Below, in pieces: positions 1 through 12,000 of a stretch of 64,000 nt of DNA (positions are counted from its first letter, which is position 1; each line of letters opens with the position of its first letter). Source of the stretch: Anthoceros angustus (lineage: Eukaryota > Plantae > Anthocerotophyta); assembly GCA_010909165.1 (NCBI GenBank), contig MU008181.1, positions 930,001 through 994,000 of the forward strand. The letters are read 5' to 3'. Both the position numbers and the translations under genes were made by a program. Under the pieces are notes generated by a model. The model did not search any database. It was not told the DNA's origin and saw only the letters and a list, made by a program, of their open reading frames with translations.

Positions 1-130
1 TGAGCTCTTGCTCCTCAAGTATCTGACCTAGTCTCATCGACCACACATGGTAATCTACACCAATAAACCTATCTTTGTCTCTAAACTCAATCGTAAGAGG
101 TGCTAAGGCAGGTGGGTGCGATATTGTTGC
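1..130 (-). mobile_element. Ty1/copia gag N-terminal fragment, running off the left edge
   Basis: Minus-strand translation APLTIEFRDKDRFIGVDYHVWSMRLGQILEEQEL fits the copia gag start pattern (F-x-G-x-[ND]-Y-x-x-W-x-x-[RK]-M/L) and resembles the degenerate gag start at ~50210. Confidence 0.5.
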
Positions 131-1079
131 AGGCACTATTACTAAGGCAAGGAGTTGCCTGGCTCCATGCAAGATGGCTGCAGGAGAGAAGTCCCATACA
201 AAGTACTCCACTTGATAAGAGAACAGGAAAGACAGGTTGTAGACCTCTTCTTCTTACTCTAAATTAGAAACATCTTGCATAGACTTATGAACGACTGGAT
301 TACATAAAAGACTCCCACTGCCTGATGTAGTGTAGGCTTCAGTGTTCCTTGCAAACTCTTTACAAATGTAGTCGAGTATCATGATGCTGCCGGAAAACTA
401 TTTGATGATCTCCACCTGTACCTTGCAAGCTTCTAAAGTGAAACGAGTTGCTGTCGAAGTACAACTTTGCTTTCACGTGATCCGCTGGTAGCAACTGCTG
501 CTGTCTTCTACGCTAAGAGGAACTTCTTAGCACCCTTTGCTATGGCAGCGAGAAGACACTGGTCGGCGAGCAAAGTGGTGACTTTCTCAACCCTGCGTAG
601 CAGTGGCATTGGGCGGTTCCCGCGTTCTTTTGATCCGCAGTCAGGGCAAGGGTGGAAGGCCCAGAGGTCGCTCTAACCGACACAGAACACCATAGGTAAG
701 AAGATCCTGGATGTCTTCCTTTGGACATCCTTGCCTCCGACTGAAGTCGATTAAACTGCCGTGCTCACTGATTCTATGATCCGATCGTGCAACAAGAGTC
801 GGAAGATCAACTCGGGCTCTGATACCATAATGAAATTCAGATGCTTTCATCAGCCTACAAGCCTTATTATTGTCGGTGGAATCAAACGGGGAAGTACATT
901 GGGGAGGAAGATACATTCATTCAATGCTCAAGAAAGAGAACAATGGAGTTTATGTACAGCAAGTGAGATAACTAACTAAAATTGTTTTATAACTATCCGA
1001 ACTACCTGAACGAATGTAACTAATTAGTAAATCCTAATTACTAGACCAATAATTTCTACTAACTGGATCCTCATGTTCC

Positions 1080-1225
1080 ACAAAGTCCCTGTAAATGCCA
1101 ATGCCATATGTTTTGCCTGAAATCCTGGTCATCCTCGTGTTCCACAAAGTCCAAGTCACCGCCAATGCTGTATGTTTTGCGTGAAATCCTGGTCATGATC
1201 TTGGCAGCGCAACAGTGCAATCTGG
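1080..1225 (-). pseudogene. Short relic of the atypical Hsp70 gene (RISRKTY segment), partly duplicated in tandem
   Basis: gctgtatgttttgcgtgaaatcctggtcatgatc (~1165-1200) nearly matches gccgtatgttttgcgtgaaatcctggccatgatg (~3869-3902) and encodes KIMTRISRKTYSIG vs IIMARISRKTYGI. A second degenerate copy lies ~65 bp to the left. Confidence 0.6.
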
Positions 1226-1499
1226 CAGTGCCAATTTGCAATATTCACATAGAACGAGTTGTGGCACGCCTCCAAAATCCTTGCATTTGTTACATGTACA
1301 TTGTCTCGACATTTTGGCAATGATTGCCCAAACTAAGGCGTTCAACCTGGGCTCGAAACACACGCCATTGGACCCTCGCTGGTAGCGATTATCAATTCAA
1401 TGACACGGACTGACCAATGCCATGACTTCATGTTCAACTTACGTTACTGGAATCCGATGAGAGTTTTGACCCATAAAAACAGTAAGGCTCTCAATCCAA

Positions 1500-2305
1500 G
1501 CAAATACTCATGTCTTTTCTGCAGCCCTTAGTAGATGTGGGTAGCTGTGGGTAATCATGTAACTTTTGCTTGTCTCCGGAAGGCCTGTGTAAGCGCTGGA
1601 GGAGAACAGAAAGCAAGCAGCTGCACTCACAGATTGTGGAAGAAGACAGCTATATATATAACGCACATGTGGGGTCTTGCCTGGTGGACATGTATGCAGC
1701 CTGTGGGGAACTGGAGAGAGACCCACTGTGGAAATACAACTGTACCATGAGATGCGTTGCTCAAGTTTGAGGGCGAATACTCATGTCTTTGTAGCGGCCC
1801 TTCAAGATTGTGCATTTGCTGCACTGTGTTGTGTTGCACAGTGACATTCCTCCTGACTGAATTACTGGCAACTGGGTGGTGGACATGTATGCAAAATGCG
1901 GCGAACTGGAAGACTGCATGCAGGGTCTTTGACAGCTTGGTCAGAAATGGTGTGGTGACAGCTGTGCTAGTTCAAGAGGCGGATCTGCTCGCATTTTAGT
2001 GGGCACTAATGTGGTGGACATAGCAAAGTCTGGGGAAGTGGAAGTTGCACACAGGGTTTCTGATGTGGTCACATGCACGGCTAAGCTGATTGTCGAGTGT
2101 GCACAGCAAGGTTTCGGCGAAGCGGCGCTGGCTCTGTATGGACAAATGGAACAGGAGGGCCTAATTGTGGGAAACCATTTGACCGCTTCTTCCCTTCTGA
2201 AGGCCTGTGCAAGCGCTGGTGCTTTGCAGAAGGGCAGGTACCGGCACTCACAGATTGTGGAGAGGGACAGCTGGGTAATGTCCTTGCTGGCGCATGTATA
2301 GTAGC
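1500..2305 (+). pseudogene. Degenerate PLS-class pentatricopeptide-repeat (PPR) gene fragment
   Basis: Frameshifted PPR motifs: GNHVTFACLRKAC, QLHSQIVE, VGSCLVDMYAACGELE, VDMYAKCGELED-ACRVFDSL, GFGEAALALYGQMEQEGL, SSLLKACASAGALQKG. No continuous ORF. Confidence 0.8.
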
Positions 2306-2814
2306 TTCCTAGACTTAGATCCTAAATAGTGTCACTGTGCTTCTATACCACAAATATGCCTAACACGCCTCCAAAGGCCAGGTCTTGAGATGTGGTGGAC
2401 TCAATTGGGCAGTTTAGCATGTTGGGTATGCATGTCTGAAAAACTGCGCAGCTAATCGTTTACAGCAAAAACAGCTGACTTCGAACTTTTTCTAACGTGT
2501 GTCCAGAAGCTTCCTAAACAATTTAGATCTTAAAATCGTGTTGCGTTCCTATGCCACCGAACCTAAAGAGCGCTGCACTGGGTTAGTTTTGAACGCACGA
2601 TCTAAAATGTTATTCAGGAAGGGGCAGGTCTTTAGAGTTGGTGGATTAGATTGGACCCTGTTGAGTCATTCACCAGTGCATGTTTGAAAAGCTTAGCCGA
2701 TCTTTTTAGGTGTCATGTCCTATCTTCCCAAGGCTTGTAAGTATTTCCCTTGATGAAGGCACATCTTCATTTTCTGAAATGTGCATCATATGGAGCAGAC
2801 AAGAAAGGATTTTG

Positions 2815-3235
2815 CGTGCAATACTTCCGTTCTTGGTATACTGCTGTGTGAGAGACTGCCTCTCTCATGGCCATGTCGCCTACGAGTGAAACCCGCTGCG
2901 CGGTTGATTCAAAAGGTTTCCAGCGGTGACCTGAACAACAAGACATTCATGAGTCCGAGACAGACCTCGGGCTGCCTAATATACGGCTCACCAGAGACCA
3001 TTGCTGCTAGGAAGTCAGCAGGGAAATTCAAGAACACGTCCCGAGGCTCAGCTATCAGAAAGAACTCTTGCCCTTGTCCCAGTAGTCATATACCCTGTGG
3101 TCATTGTCTTCCATCACATTGCTGGATTATTTGAAAGTCGAATGTACACGACTAGGTAACATGGAGAGTGAGTGTAGAAACTTCGCAAAAACCAAAGGCC
3201 ATCTGCTGCTAGATGCAAACTTTATTCCAGAGGAA
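2815..3235 (-). pseudogene. Decayed copy of the sacsin 3' region (exon 11)
   Basis: Colinear DNA similarity to ~6980-7375, e.g. ccagcggtgacctgaacaa..gacattca, gggctgcctaatat, ttgtcccag..catataccctgtg, aaccaaaggccatctgctgctagatgcaaa. Interrupted by stops and indels. Confidence 0.8.
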
Positions 3236-3436
3236 AGGCTTTCATGTCATACATACATTTGTGGGAAATGAGAGTTAGTTGTTGGGTAGCTTATCAGGTC
3301 ACAATGCAGAAGGAGCAGAAACATGAATGAGTAGAGAAGGCGGCAGCAAAAGGTTTTCATAATGCTTCATGCATGAACTGCAACAGGAAAGGATTCTGAA
3401 TCGTTCGATGCTTGGAGGAGAAAACAGGTTTAGATC

Positions 3437-5599
3437 TCAAGCTCCTTCATGCATAAATTCTACGTTGTCCAGTCCTTGGAGCACTTCCGACGTATTCCCA
3501 AAATTTTGACGCTTTGCCTTGACCTGGATGCATGACCTTCCAAAGTAAAGCGAGATGGCAACACAACGGCGAGTGTCAAGGTTGTTGGCGTCCTCCGGGA
3601 TATTGATAACGAAAGATCCCTCCAATTTCACTCCTGGGTCAGTGATGTATCGTGGGTTGGGATCAAGGGTGCTGTACAGTTTCACATGGATTACCTTCTG
3701 CCGTGAGTACACAGGATACCTTTTCTTCTCCACACACTGATTGACGCTCACCTCTTCCCCTTTCTTGACAAACACGCAGAAGGCGTCCTTACACTTGGGT
3801 TTGCCATCCACTAGTTCAAGCAAGGAAACGGGATCCCTTTGTGGCACGAAGTCCTTGTACTCGTTGATGCCGTATGTTTTGCGTGAAATCCTGGCCATGA
3901 TGATGTCAGGCGACACTCCTAGCACGACTGCACCCTGGCAGATGGCGCTGCCCGGGTCCGGAGGGCACAGGATTTCCTTCACCTGCTTAGAAAAGGCCTG
4001 GTGCACCCGCTTCATCAAGTATGGCGATGCAGAGAACCCTCCCACCATCATCAGCACCTGAATGCTTGGAGACATTTGATCCTTGATGAGACTGAGGATT
4101 TGATCCACCACAGGGTCGAAAATGCCGAGCATGTCCTGCTTCGTGATCTCGATCTCGTCGTAGCTCTCCCTGGGCGTCAGTCCCGTGCCAGCCAGCTCCA
4201 TCGCTTCGTGCAACTCCCAGGCCTTGGCCAACTTGGTGGGCAACTCGAAGTCCAACCCAGACGTAAGGGTCCCGTCAAAGCTGCACTTCAAATCCTCCCA
4301 CTTCCGCAGCAACGCTGCAATGGCCAAAGGATTCTCCTGCACAAATTCGGGAAAGCAGCTGACCTTCCTGGACAGGAAATCCATGAAATTCCTGTCGACG
4401 AACGTTCCTCCGCACAGTCCCCCCATGCTCTGCTTCACCTCCCGGATCTTGGTCCCAGCAGCCCCGTCACTCTCCTTCACGTGCACCACAATGTCCACCG
4501 TCCCACCTCCCACATCAGCAACCAGAAACTGTGCTCCCGTTTGCAAACTCAGCTGCTTAGACTTTTTGGTGCAGTAAACGGACGCTGCTTCCGACTCCAG
4601 AACAATAATAAGAGGGAAGGGGCTGGCAGTGTCGGCCATCTCCGGCGGACAGTAGGGTCCCGTCACCAGCCCTGCTCTCTGCGCACAGTACCTCATCCGC
4701 TGCTTGGCCTTGTCGTCCCAGATGGCAGGCACTGTCAGACACCATTGCACATCCCTCCTCGACAGATGCTTGCCGTACGTGCTCTGCAAGTGGGATATGA
4801 TGAACGCGGCAATGCTCCAAAGGTAATCAGCTATCGCTCTCTCCACAGTCACGCCAGGCGGAAGCTCGCCGTACACGACGTTCCCATTCTCCGCCTTCGG
4901 ATTCGGCGTGCGCTTCACAAGAGCGGATTCCGCTGGATCTGGGCCAACCTTGATCACTTCTTCCGTCTCCACGTCCTGCGGTTTCTTGGACGAGCTGCCG
5001 CCGAACGGCTTCAGGAATCGAAATCCAAACCTCTTCTTCAACCCAAGCTCCTGCTCCTTAAATTTCTCCGTCCCCTTCTTCTCATTCGGGGAGGACTCCT
5101 TGAAGCCCTTCTTCTCATTCGGGGAGAACTCCTTGAAGCCCTCCTTCTCATTCGGGGAGGACTCCTTGAAGCCCGGGCTGTCAGATGCACTTGCTAAATG
5201 CAGCTTAAACCTCCTTACAAAAAAGCCTACCTCCTGCTGCACGTCCCGCGCACTGGTGGACGCAGCTTGCTGGCCCTTGAAGGAAAGGGTGCCCGACTCC
5301 GCTGCCTGCTGGCTCCGATTCTTGGACGCTGCCTGCAGCGCTTCCAGATATTGCACCTGCGCTGGCCATGCCCAGTCCTCGAGCACAAACTCGGGCTCGG
5401 ATGCTCCCCTGCTCTTTCCAGCATTGCGAACATAATACAGGCTCGTCTGCGTCTTGCAGTAGGGCTTTCCGCCTCCTTTCGCCTGCATCGGCCATTCGTA
5501 GAATGTGTGGATGTCCTGAGGATCAGCCTGGTGAGCGAACGCAAATCCTGAAAACGTTGTCCCGAAATCTAAGCCAACCACCACCCTGGGTTCTGCCAT
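3437..5599 (-). CDS. Atypical Hsp70 / actin-like ATPase, HSPA12-type (720 aa, intronless), copy 1
   Basis: ATG-to-stop ORF with all actin-fold motifs: phosphate-1 VVGLDFGTTFSGFA, WCLTVPAIW, connect-1 IVLESEAA, phosphate-2 VADVGGGTVD, GGLCGGTFVD, adenosine MVGGFSASPYL, connect-2 PDPGSAICQGAV. Followed by the HSPA12-type RISRKTYG tail; no canonical EEVD end. Confidence 0.92.
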   Translation of the reverse strand: MAEPRVVVGLDFGTTFSGFAFAHQADPQDIHTFYEWPMQAKGGGKPYCKTQTSLYYVRNAGKSRGASEPEFVLEDWAWPAQVQYLEALQAASKNRSQQAAESGTLSFKGQQAASTSARDVQQEVGFFVRRFKLHLASASDSPGFKESSPNEKEGFKEFSPNEKKGFKESSPNEKKGTEKFKEQELGLKKRFGFRFLKPFGGSSSKKPQDVETEEVIKVGPDPAESALVKRTPNPKAENGNVVYGELPPGVTVERAIADYLWSIAAFIISHLQSTYGKHLSRRDVQWCLTVPAIWDDKAKQRMRYCAQRAGLVTGPYCPPEMADTASPFPLIIVLESEAASVYCTKKSKQLSLQTGAQFLVADVGGGTVDIVVHVKESDGAAGTKIREVKQSMGGLCGGTFVDRNFMDFLSRKVSCFPEFVQENPLAIAALLRKWEDLKCSFDGTLTSGLDFELPTKLAKAWELHEAMELAGTGLTPRESYDEIEITKQDMLGIFDPVVDQILSLIKDQMSPSIQVLMMVGGFSASPYLMKRVHQAFSKQVKEILCPPDPGSAICQGAVVLGVSPDIIMARISRKTYGINEYKDFVPQRDPVSLLELVDGKPKCKDAFCVFVKKGEEVSVNQCVEKKRYPVYSRQKVIHVKLYSTLDPNPRYITDPGVKLEGSFVINIPEDANNLDTRRCVAISLYFGRSCIQVKAKRQNFGNTSEVLQGLDNVEFMHEGA
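5074..5172. repeat. 3 x 33-bp in-frame tandem repeat (GFKE[S/F]SPNEK[E/K]) inside Hsp70-like copy 1
   Basis: Unit ccttcttctcattcggggaggactccttgaagc at 5074, 5107 and 5140 with 1-2 mismatches. Confidence 0.95.
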
Positions 5600-6066
5600 G
5601 GGACATGGAATTGGCAGACCTTGCCTCCACCAGTTCCATTGTGATGCCTCACTCCCATATTATCGTGAGGTGGGCCGTGAGAAAGCGCGTTCCTTGTGCG
5701 TTGCGCGTCCCTTGCTGACTCCGTCGGCCAATCCCGATTCCCAATCCGCGACAGTGCCGTGTTCGAAAAGACTGTTGGTGGATGCTTTAACAACACTCTA
5801 TCAAACCTCACTTCCAAGGCACGTCTTTCACAGTTCACTTCGGGAAAGCCAAGGGACTGTATTGCGTAAGTTCACATCGGAGTGACGGGTTTACCTACCC
5901 GGTAACTACAGCACGGCAGTAATTTCGACTTCACATAATGAAATCAATGACCACGAAATCTGATACATAGATAAGACTTTGGCAGTGGTCCCTTCTACAA
6001 TTCTATCCATATGTACATCTGTAGGTTGGACGGAGGCTTGGTGTCTTGGACTCGAAAAATCTTCAG

Positions 6067-9000
6067 TCAAGGCCGGTACAGCCGGAGGGCTTTGGCTACA
6101 TCGTGGCGGCAGAAGGGACACCGACTGACAGCATCAGCACACCTCTGACATAGCACATGCCCACAAGGCACAACGGTGGTGTCAACCTCTGCGCTCAGGC
6201 ACACCCTGCATTGCCATGCCGCTTTTGCAGCTTCAGCATCCTTCACAGCTGCATCTGCCCTCTCCTGCAAGTGATCCAACGTAGGAGTGTTACTCATGGA
6301 CCCAGAACAGGCTGGAGAAAATCAGCACAGAAATCAGGGGCAGAAAAGGACCTGCTCTGTGGAGAGGGCAATATCAGCAGCGTTTAACTGTTCCTGCAAA
6401 CTCATACTTTTCTCCAACAGTGTCAGTTGCTCAAGACCAACTGGCATTCCAGCTGCAGAAAGCATGTCCTTCACAGCCCGCACTACTTCCGCAGCTGGCA
6501 CTTGGCTTGATGGTGTGTTTTCAATCGGACCCTGCAGTTGATATTGGTGGGTGAGCGAGTTTCGTGGGACATTTCAAATGATGAGTGATAACGACTCGGT
6601 AGAGAAACAGGCAGTACCTGCAAAGGTAGATCCGCTGTCGTCCCCACATCAACGTTCGGTCTAACCAGATTTCCTGGTCGACTGGGAAGCTTGGTGCTGG
6701 AGGCCACAGAGGTGGCCGAGTTGTAGAGGCTAGAGAATTCCTGAACTGCAGCAGTCCCTTTGAATGAAAGCACATTAGATGAGAGGACGAACTGGAGCTC
6801 TCCTGGTCTTGTTTCAACCTGGAGCCTGTACAAAGCTTGCCCTGCAGATGCGCGTACATCCTCCACAACTCGCCCATATCTCAACTGTGAGCCCCCATCT
6901 CCATCTGAACGCCATCCTACAATCTCCCCGGCATGAAATGGTCTCAACGGGTGACATTGAACAAGGGCAGCGTCGGCTGGAATTACTTCCATTCCTGATA
7001 TACCGCTCTGTTGCACAAAGCCTTTCTTATGGCCATGGGCAATGCCGTGCCCCAAGCGTAAAACGCGCTGCGCACTTGCTTCGTAACCCAGCGGTGACCT
7101 GAACAAGACATTCAAGGGAAGGCAGACTGGGCTGCCTAATATGTGGCTTACCACTACAGCCAGTAAGTCAGGAAGATCCACGTAGTCCGGAGGCTCAGCT
7201 ATAAGAACACGTCCTTTGGGCTTGTCCCAGAACTCATATACCCTGTGACCGTCGTCTTCCATCACCTTGCTGGATGATTTGAGAGTCACATCTACACGAC
7301 TGGGTAACATGAAGAAGCGAGTATAGAGACGTCGAACAAACCAAAGGCCATCTGCTGCTAGATGCAAAGCCTTTCTTGTCTGCTCCATGCTCAGTCGTCT
7401 CAATGGAGCCACCACATCACCAGAGTCCTGGATCACTGACCAGACAGCTGCTGTAAAAGTTTGGCTTCGCAGCTTTTCGGACATGGTCACCAGATTAAAC
7501 GGCCCAATCGATTCCACCACCTCTAAAGACCTGTTCTCGTCAAGTTCCTGCATAACATAAGAATTGCACATTCAAAACCAGCGCAGTGCAGCCTTTAGAG
7601 AAAAAGTCTGTCAGGCCTATCAGGCAGCACACTGCGAAGACCGGAAGGGCATGCTTATGAGACACAATGGGCCAGTGGAGCTGCTTACCTCAATCACAAC
7701 ATCTGAAAGCTTGCGGACGCCAAGTTGTACACAAAGCTCTTCTGCTACATTTGGATGAACAAACCGAACCCTTGCCGAATCAATTTCACCAACCAGACTT
7801 GCTCCCAGAGCATCTACATATACGCAAGCCTTGGCACGCAAGAGTCTGGCACCATCATCAGGAACTACAGCATCTTCGGCCGGATCATTTATGTGGCCTG
7901 CAATTAGCCTGCCACTATTGTCGCATAAGAATTGCAGAATGCGCAAAACAGCACGCAGCTCGTTTGGATTTAGTCGCTGATAACCACAGGATCTTTCAAG
8001 CTGCAACAGAAGAGTCCTCATGCTTGCAAAGGTGGGGCCATCTTGCATTCCCAGCAAGCCCAGAACTTTCACATACGGAAGATATATACTTGGGAGCTCA
8101 AATACAAATGGAGCGAGATCCATGCCCAATCGAGCATATAGGGCACTGGCTGGCGCAAGGCGGGTGCCATTAGCAACAGGAATGAAATGAACTCCCAACA
8201 ACGCCTCCTTACCTGCAAGAAAGGAAAGCCACTAACACTTCAGACTGTCTGCCAAACAAAGCAAACTCCTACATATTGCAGGCGCCTTAGCTGCAAACTC
8301 GACACATGTAAACATGGAACCCCATTCTCTATGTTCCTCTCATACAGGTATTCTCAAGGATAAAATTGACGTATGGGCAAGCAACCTCCCGACAACCATA
8401 CTCATTGTGCATACACATGCTCAAATTCCCACCTGAGGTCGAAAGACCATCCCAGACGCTTGCAAGGTACTTGAGTACATCTATGAATGCATCCTCCACC
8501 GACCTCATTCCTCTCACATTGGGCCAGCGAGCAAGAATGTCTTCTCCTCCATTTTTACCAACAACCTGCATATTGTTTAACCAGAAACCATACCACATAA
8601 GTGCAAAGTAATGAAGTTCTCCCTTCATTGTCAGGTACAGCATCTACACACTGTTGTCCCCCTACGGCAACTTGCAGCAAGGAGCCAGCTGAGTTGGTAA
8701 GCAACAAAAGAACAGTGCGCATCAGGAAAGAAACAAGAGTAAGAGAAAGGTCGCTTCAATCAACCTGAAGATGTTTCAAGACAACTGAGAACGGTGGAGG
8801 GCTCCTCAATTGTAATAATGTCCACGCGAACTCAGGTGGTACAACCCCAGGCCTGGCAAGTACAGGTGCGGATGTCCATGCTAGCGGCCAGTCCTTAAGG
8901 AGGACGGCCTCACTGTATGATGCAAGAACTCTTTTACCTCCTGCCCCACCTGTACTGGGAATTCCCCTTTCAGCTGGAACAAAAGCTATCTGGCTTAAAG

Positions 9001-12000
9001 GAGTGCAGAAACTACTGCCGTACACAGAAGCAAAGTTCCCCAGAATGGCCTCAACAAGCATCCCTGCGACTGTCCAAACCTGCAAAGAGACTCCAACAGC
9101 TGCAGAGGACACATCTGCTTCAAATACATCTCCATCTGCAACCTCCTGTGAGCCTCGTCTTCCAAGCTCCTCCACCTTCCTAGCACATTCCAGCAAAAGT
9201 CCTGCATCTGTAGCAGATCGCAATCCTGCGTCACGAAGGATACGGAGCCACCCGCTTGTTGCAAACTGTCTTCCAGGGAACTTTTCAAGCTCAGCTGCAA
9301 ACACGTGCTTGAGAAGGGCATTCTCAGGATCCAAAAGTTCCGGAGGGCAAAATAGCCTATTTGAGCCCTGATTATCAAACTGAGGCTCGCGACCACTTTG
9401 CACAAACTTTGTCTCCTTCAAAGCATAGACAACCGCATCATACTGCCTTAAAGTCTCCCAATTCGCAAACAAAAATGTCAGGATAGAATCCTGCTCACTT
9501 TCATTGAAACTTTCAAAACCTGGCAGCGCAAACCTTGACATAACCTCATGATCAAGAAGCTCTGGAATTCCCAGAGTTTGATACAGGGATCCACCCTCTG
9601 TAACAGAACGGTACTGCAGACATTGGTCATGAGCAGGTTGCATAAAAGATGAAGGTGGAACAACACAATGCACGTCCCGGTCAACTGATACATGACTTCC
9701 ATTCACAGTCTTGTATATTGGAAGAAACCTCAGCAAATCGAGCTCATCTGAAGTAAAAACTGGTGGGCTCGAGCCTAGAGGAAGGTTTGAGGTAGTTGAG
9801 GAAAAAAGGGAAAACAGAGCATCACAGTCAGTGGGGGCTAGAACTATATTCAAAGGCAAACAGTCTGCTTGGCTAAGAGCAGATAGCTTGGCCACAACAG
9901 TTCGCCCTACAGAAAGTTCCTGGGTGTCAATGCAGCTTTCCAGTGCACTGCAATCCAAAAACCGCCGATCATATACAGGCACATTGAACCTCCTTAACAA
10001 AGGCAATAACCAAGGGTATTGTTGTTCGAGATCATCAAATGATTGGGACCAAATATCTAGAGCCTCTCCTGCATTTGTCAGGATCACTGGCATGTCCCTT
10101 GGGCTCTCGTCAACCGATATCATTGGAGATAACCCAGTGCCCTGTTCCTGGCGCTTTGGTGGAACAAAAACAAGCTGTCTAAATCCAACACGAACTAGCA
10201 CTGGTCCTTCTATTGAACATGGTATCAGGGGCCACTGCGCAAAGAGGGCCAGCTCCTCTGGTGTACAGGATACATTTCTCCACAGCAAGCGCAACCATCC
10301 AGTTGATGGTCCCTGTGTAGTTGCATCAGAAGAACAATCCCACACCACCCATGGAGCTGAGATGCCCTCATTTCCTCTGGCAATCCACTGCTTGGGGAGC
10401 ATCAGCCCTAGATTTGCGGCTAATACCTGTGAAGAGAACGGCTGTAATCTAAGAACATTTTGAAACACAGAATTGCCGAACAGTTCCGCAAGGTGCGGTC
10501 GTTCAAGACACAAAAAGTGCACAAACTTTGCAGCCATACTGGGAAGTAGCTCTTGCTGCTCCTTACTTCCAACCCAAAGCTCTGACAGTCCCAACTTTGC
10601 CATGACATTCCTTGCTGTAGGACACTGCAAGCCCTTCAGTTCTGCGACTAACATTCTATCTAGACTGGAGTTGTCGTCATCCGAAGGTGTGGCAAGGGCC
10701 CTCTGTGTCGAGCTTCCACTTCCCAAGTCTCTACCAGTATCCTCAAACACGCCCCTCCCAATGTCAGCGATAGCTCTGCCAAGATCAGCAACCAAGCCAA
10801 ACGAATGCGATCTTGAATCCAGAACTCCTGGGAGATCACGAAGATCTGCTAGCCCGTTGGATCTTTGCAACCTTGAACCACCAGCACCACCAACACCCCA
10901 CGTAGCACTGCTAATAACAGAGGAGGTGTCAGAGAAGGTGCTCCTAGAGCTTCTGTGGAGATCCCCAGTAGTCTCTTGCTCCACAGAAGGAACCTGACTG
11001 TCAACAACCAGGCTAGCAGACCCATCACGTTGCTGAATGTGCAAATCTGCACAACAGTAATCCAAGAGTTCCACTTGTGTTGTGATGGACTGAACAGCAG
11101 CTGCAACCTGAGGTGTCCTTAGCAAGCCCCTTAGCATTTTTGGTGTCAACTCCTTTACTGCCACTCCAGCGGATTCTATCTCTTTGGTAAGATCCCAAGG
11201 AACTGCAAAAACTTTATAATGTGCCTTTAGGAAATCACATACTGCCACTGGGGGTGCCATCCCTTGCTGCTCCATCCCTGGCGGAGCAAGAAACATGCCC
11301 TCTGAGGCTTTGGTCATTGCACCACCATGCAGTTTCCACATGGGCAAGTCCACAAGCCGTGTGTACATGGGCCTGATTAGCCATTCCACTAGACACTGAC
11401 GGTCAGCCTGGCGACTGTCAGCAGAACTTAGGCTACCTTTTGGCTCTGGTCCCTCAGGGACCGTGGACATGATCGTTGCAGCTTTTGGCCACAGAGAGTA
11501 AGCGCGATCTGGTGGTAGACCATATGTACCATCCAGCCCTCTACTGATTGGGGGATCTGCACGGGATGTTACAGGATCCTGCCCAATTCGCTGTAGCTCC
11601 TGCAGTAACTCCACATACGAATCTCTGACACATGCCAGCAACTCCTTATTCCAAGCTGCTCTCAGCTGCTCAGCTGAGAAGGGTATCGCACTCTGCGTGC
11701 CAACTCCCACAGCTGACACTTTGTCTACATCTGGGGCATTCTGGAACAAGCACCGAGTACCCCCATCTGGTGACACCATGAAATGCCCCAATATAGTTAC
11801 AGGCACCTTGAATGGCGTTGGTAAGGGCAAGGGAGCTAGGATGTAGCTCTGTGCAGGCAGCAATGGGACTACACCATTTCGAGAAAGATGTGCAGCAACT
11901 CCAGCAATAGGCATGAGATTGTAGGCGAGATATTTCCTGCACCAACAACAACTGTTTGAATGTTCCTGCATCGTTAAACTTCAGATATCAGGCTAATGCA

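Noticed and set aside
4001-5551. Long plus-strand ORFs (398, 130, 175, 117 aa) over the Hsp70-like gene
   Set aside because: Antisense shadows of a GC-rich coding sequence; no recognisable domain. The same applies to the ORFs opposite the sacsin, ARM and Pol IV/V exons.
5832-5850. Heat-shock element upstream of Hsp70-like copy 1 (cTTCggGAAa)
   Set aside because: Only two perfect nGAAn units; expected by chance.
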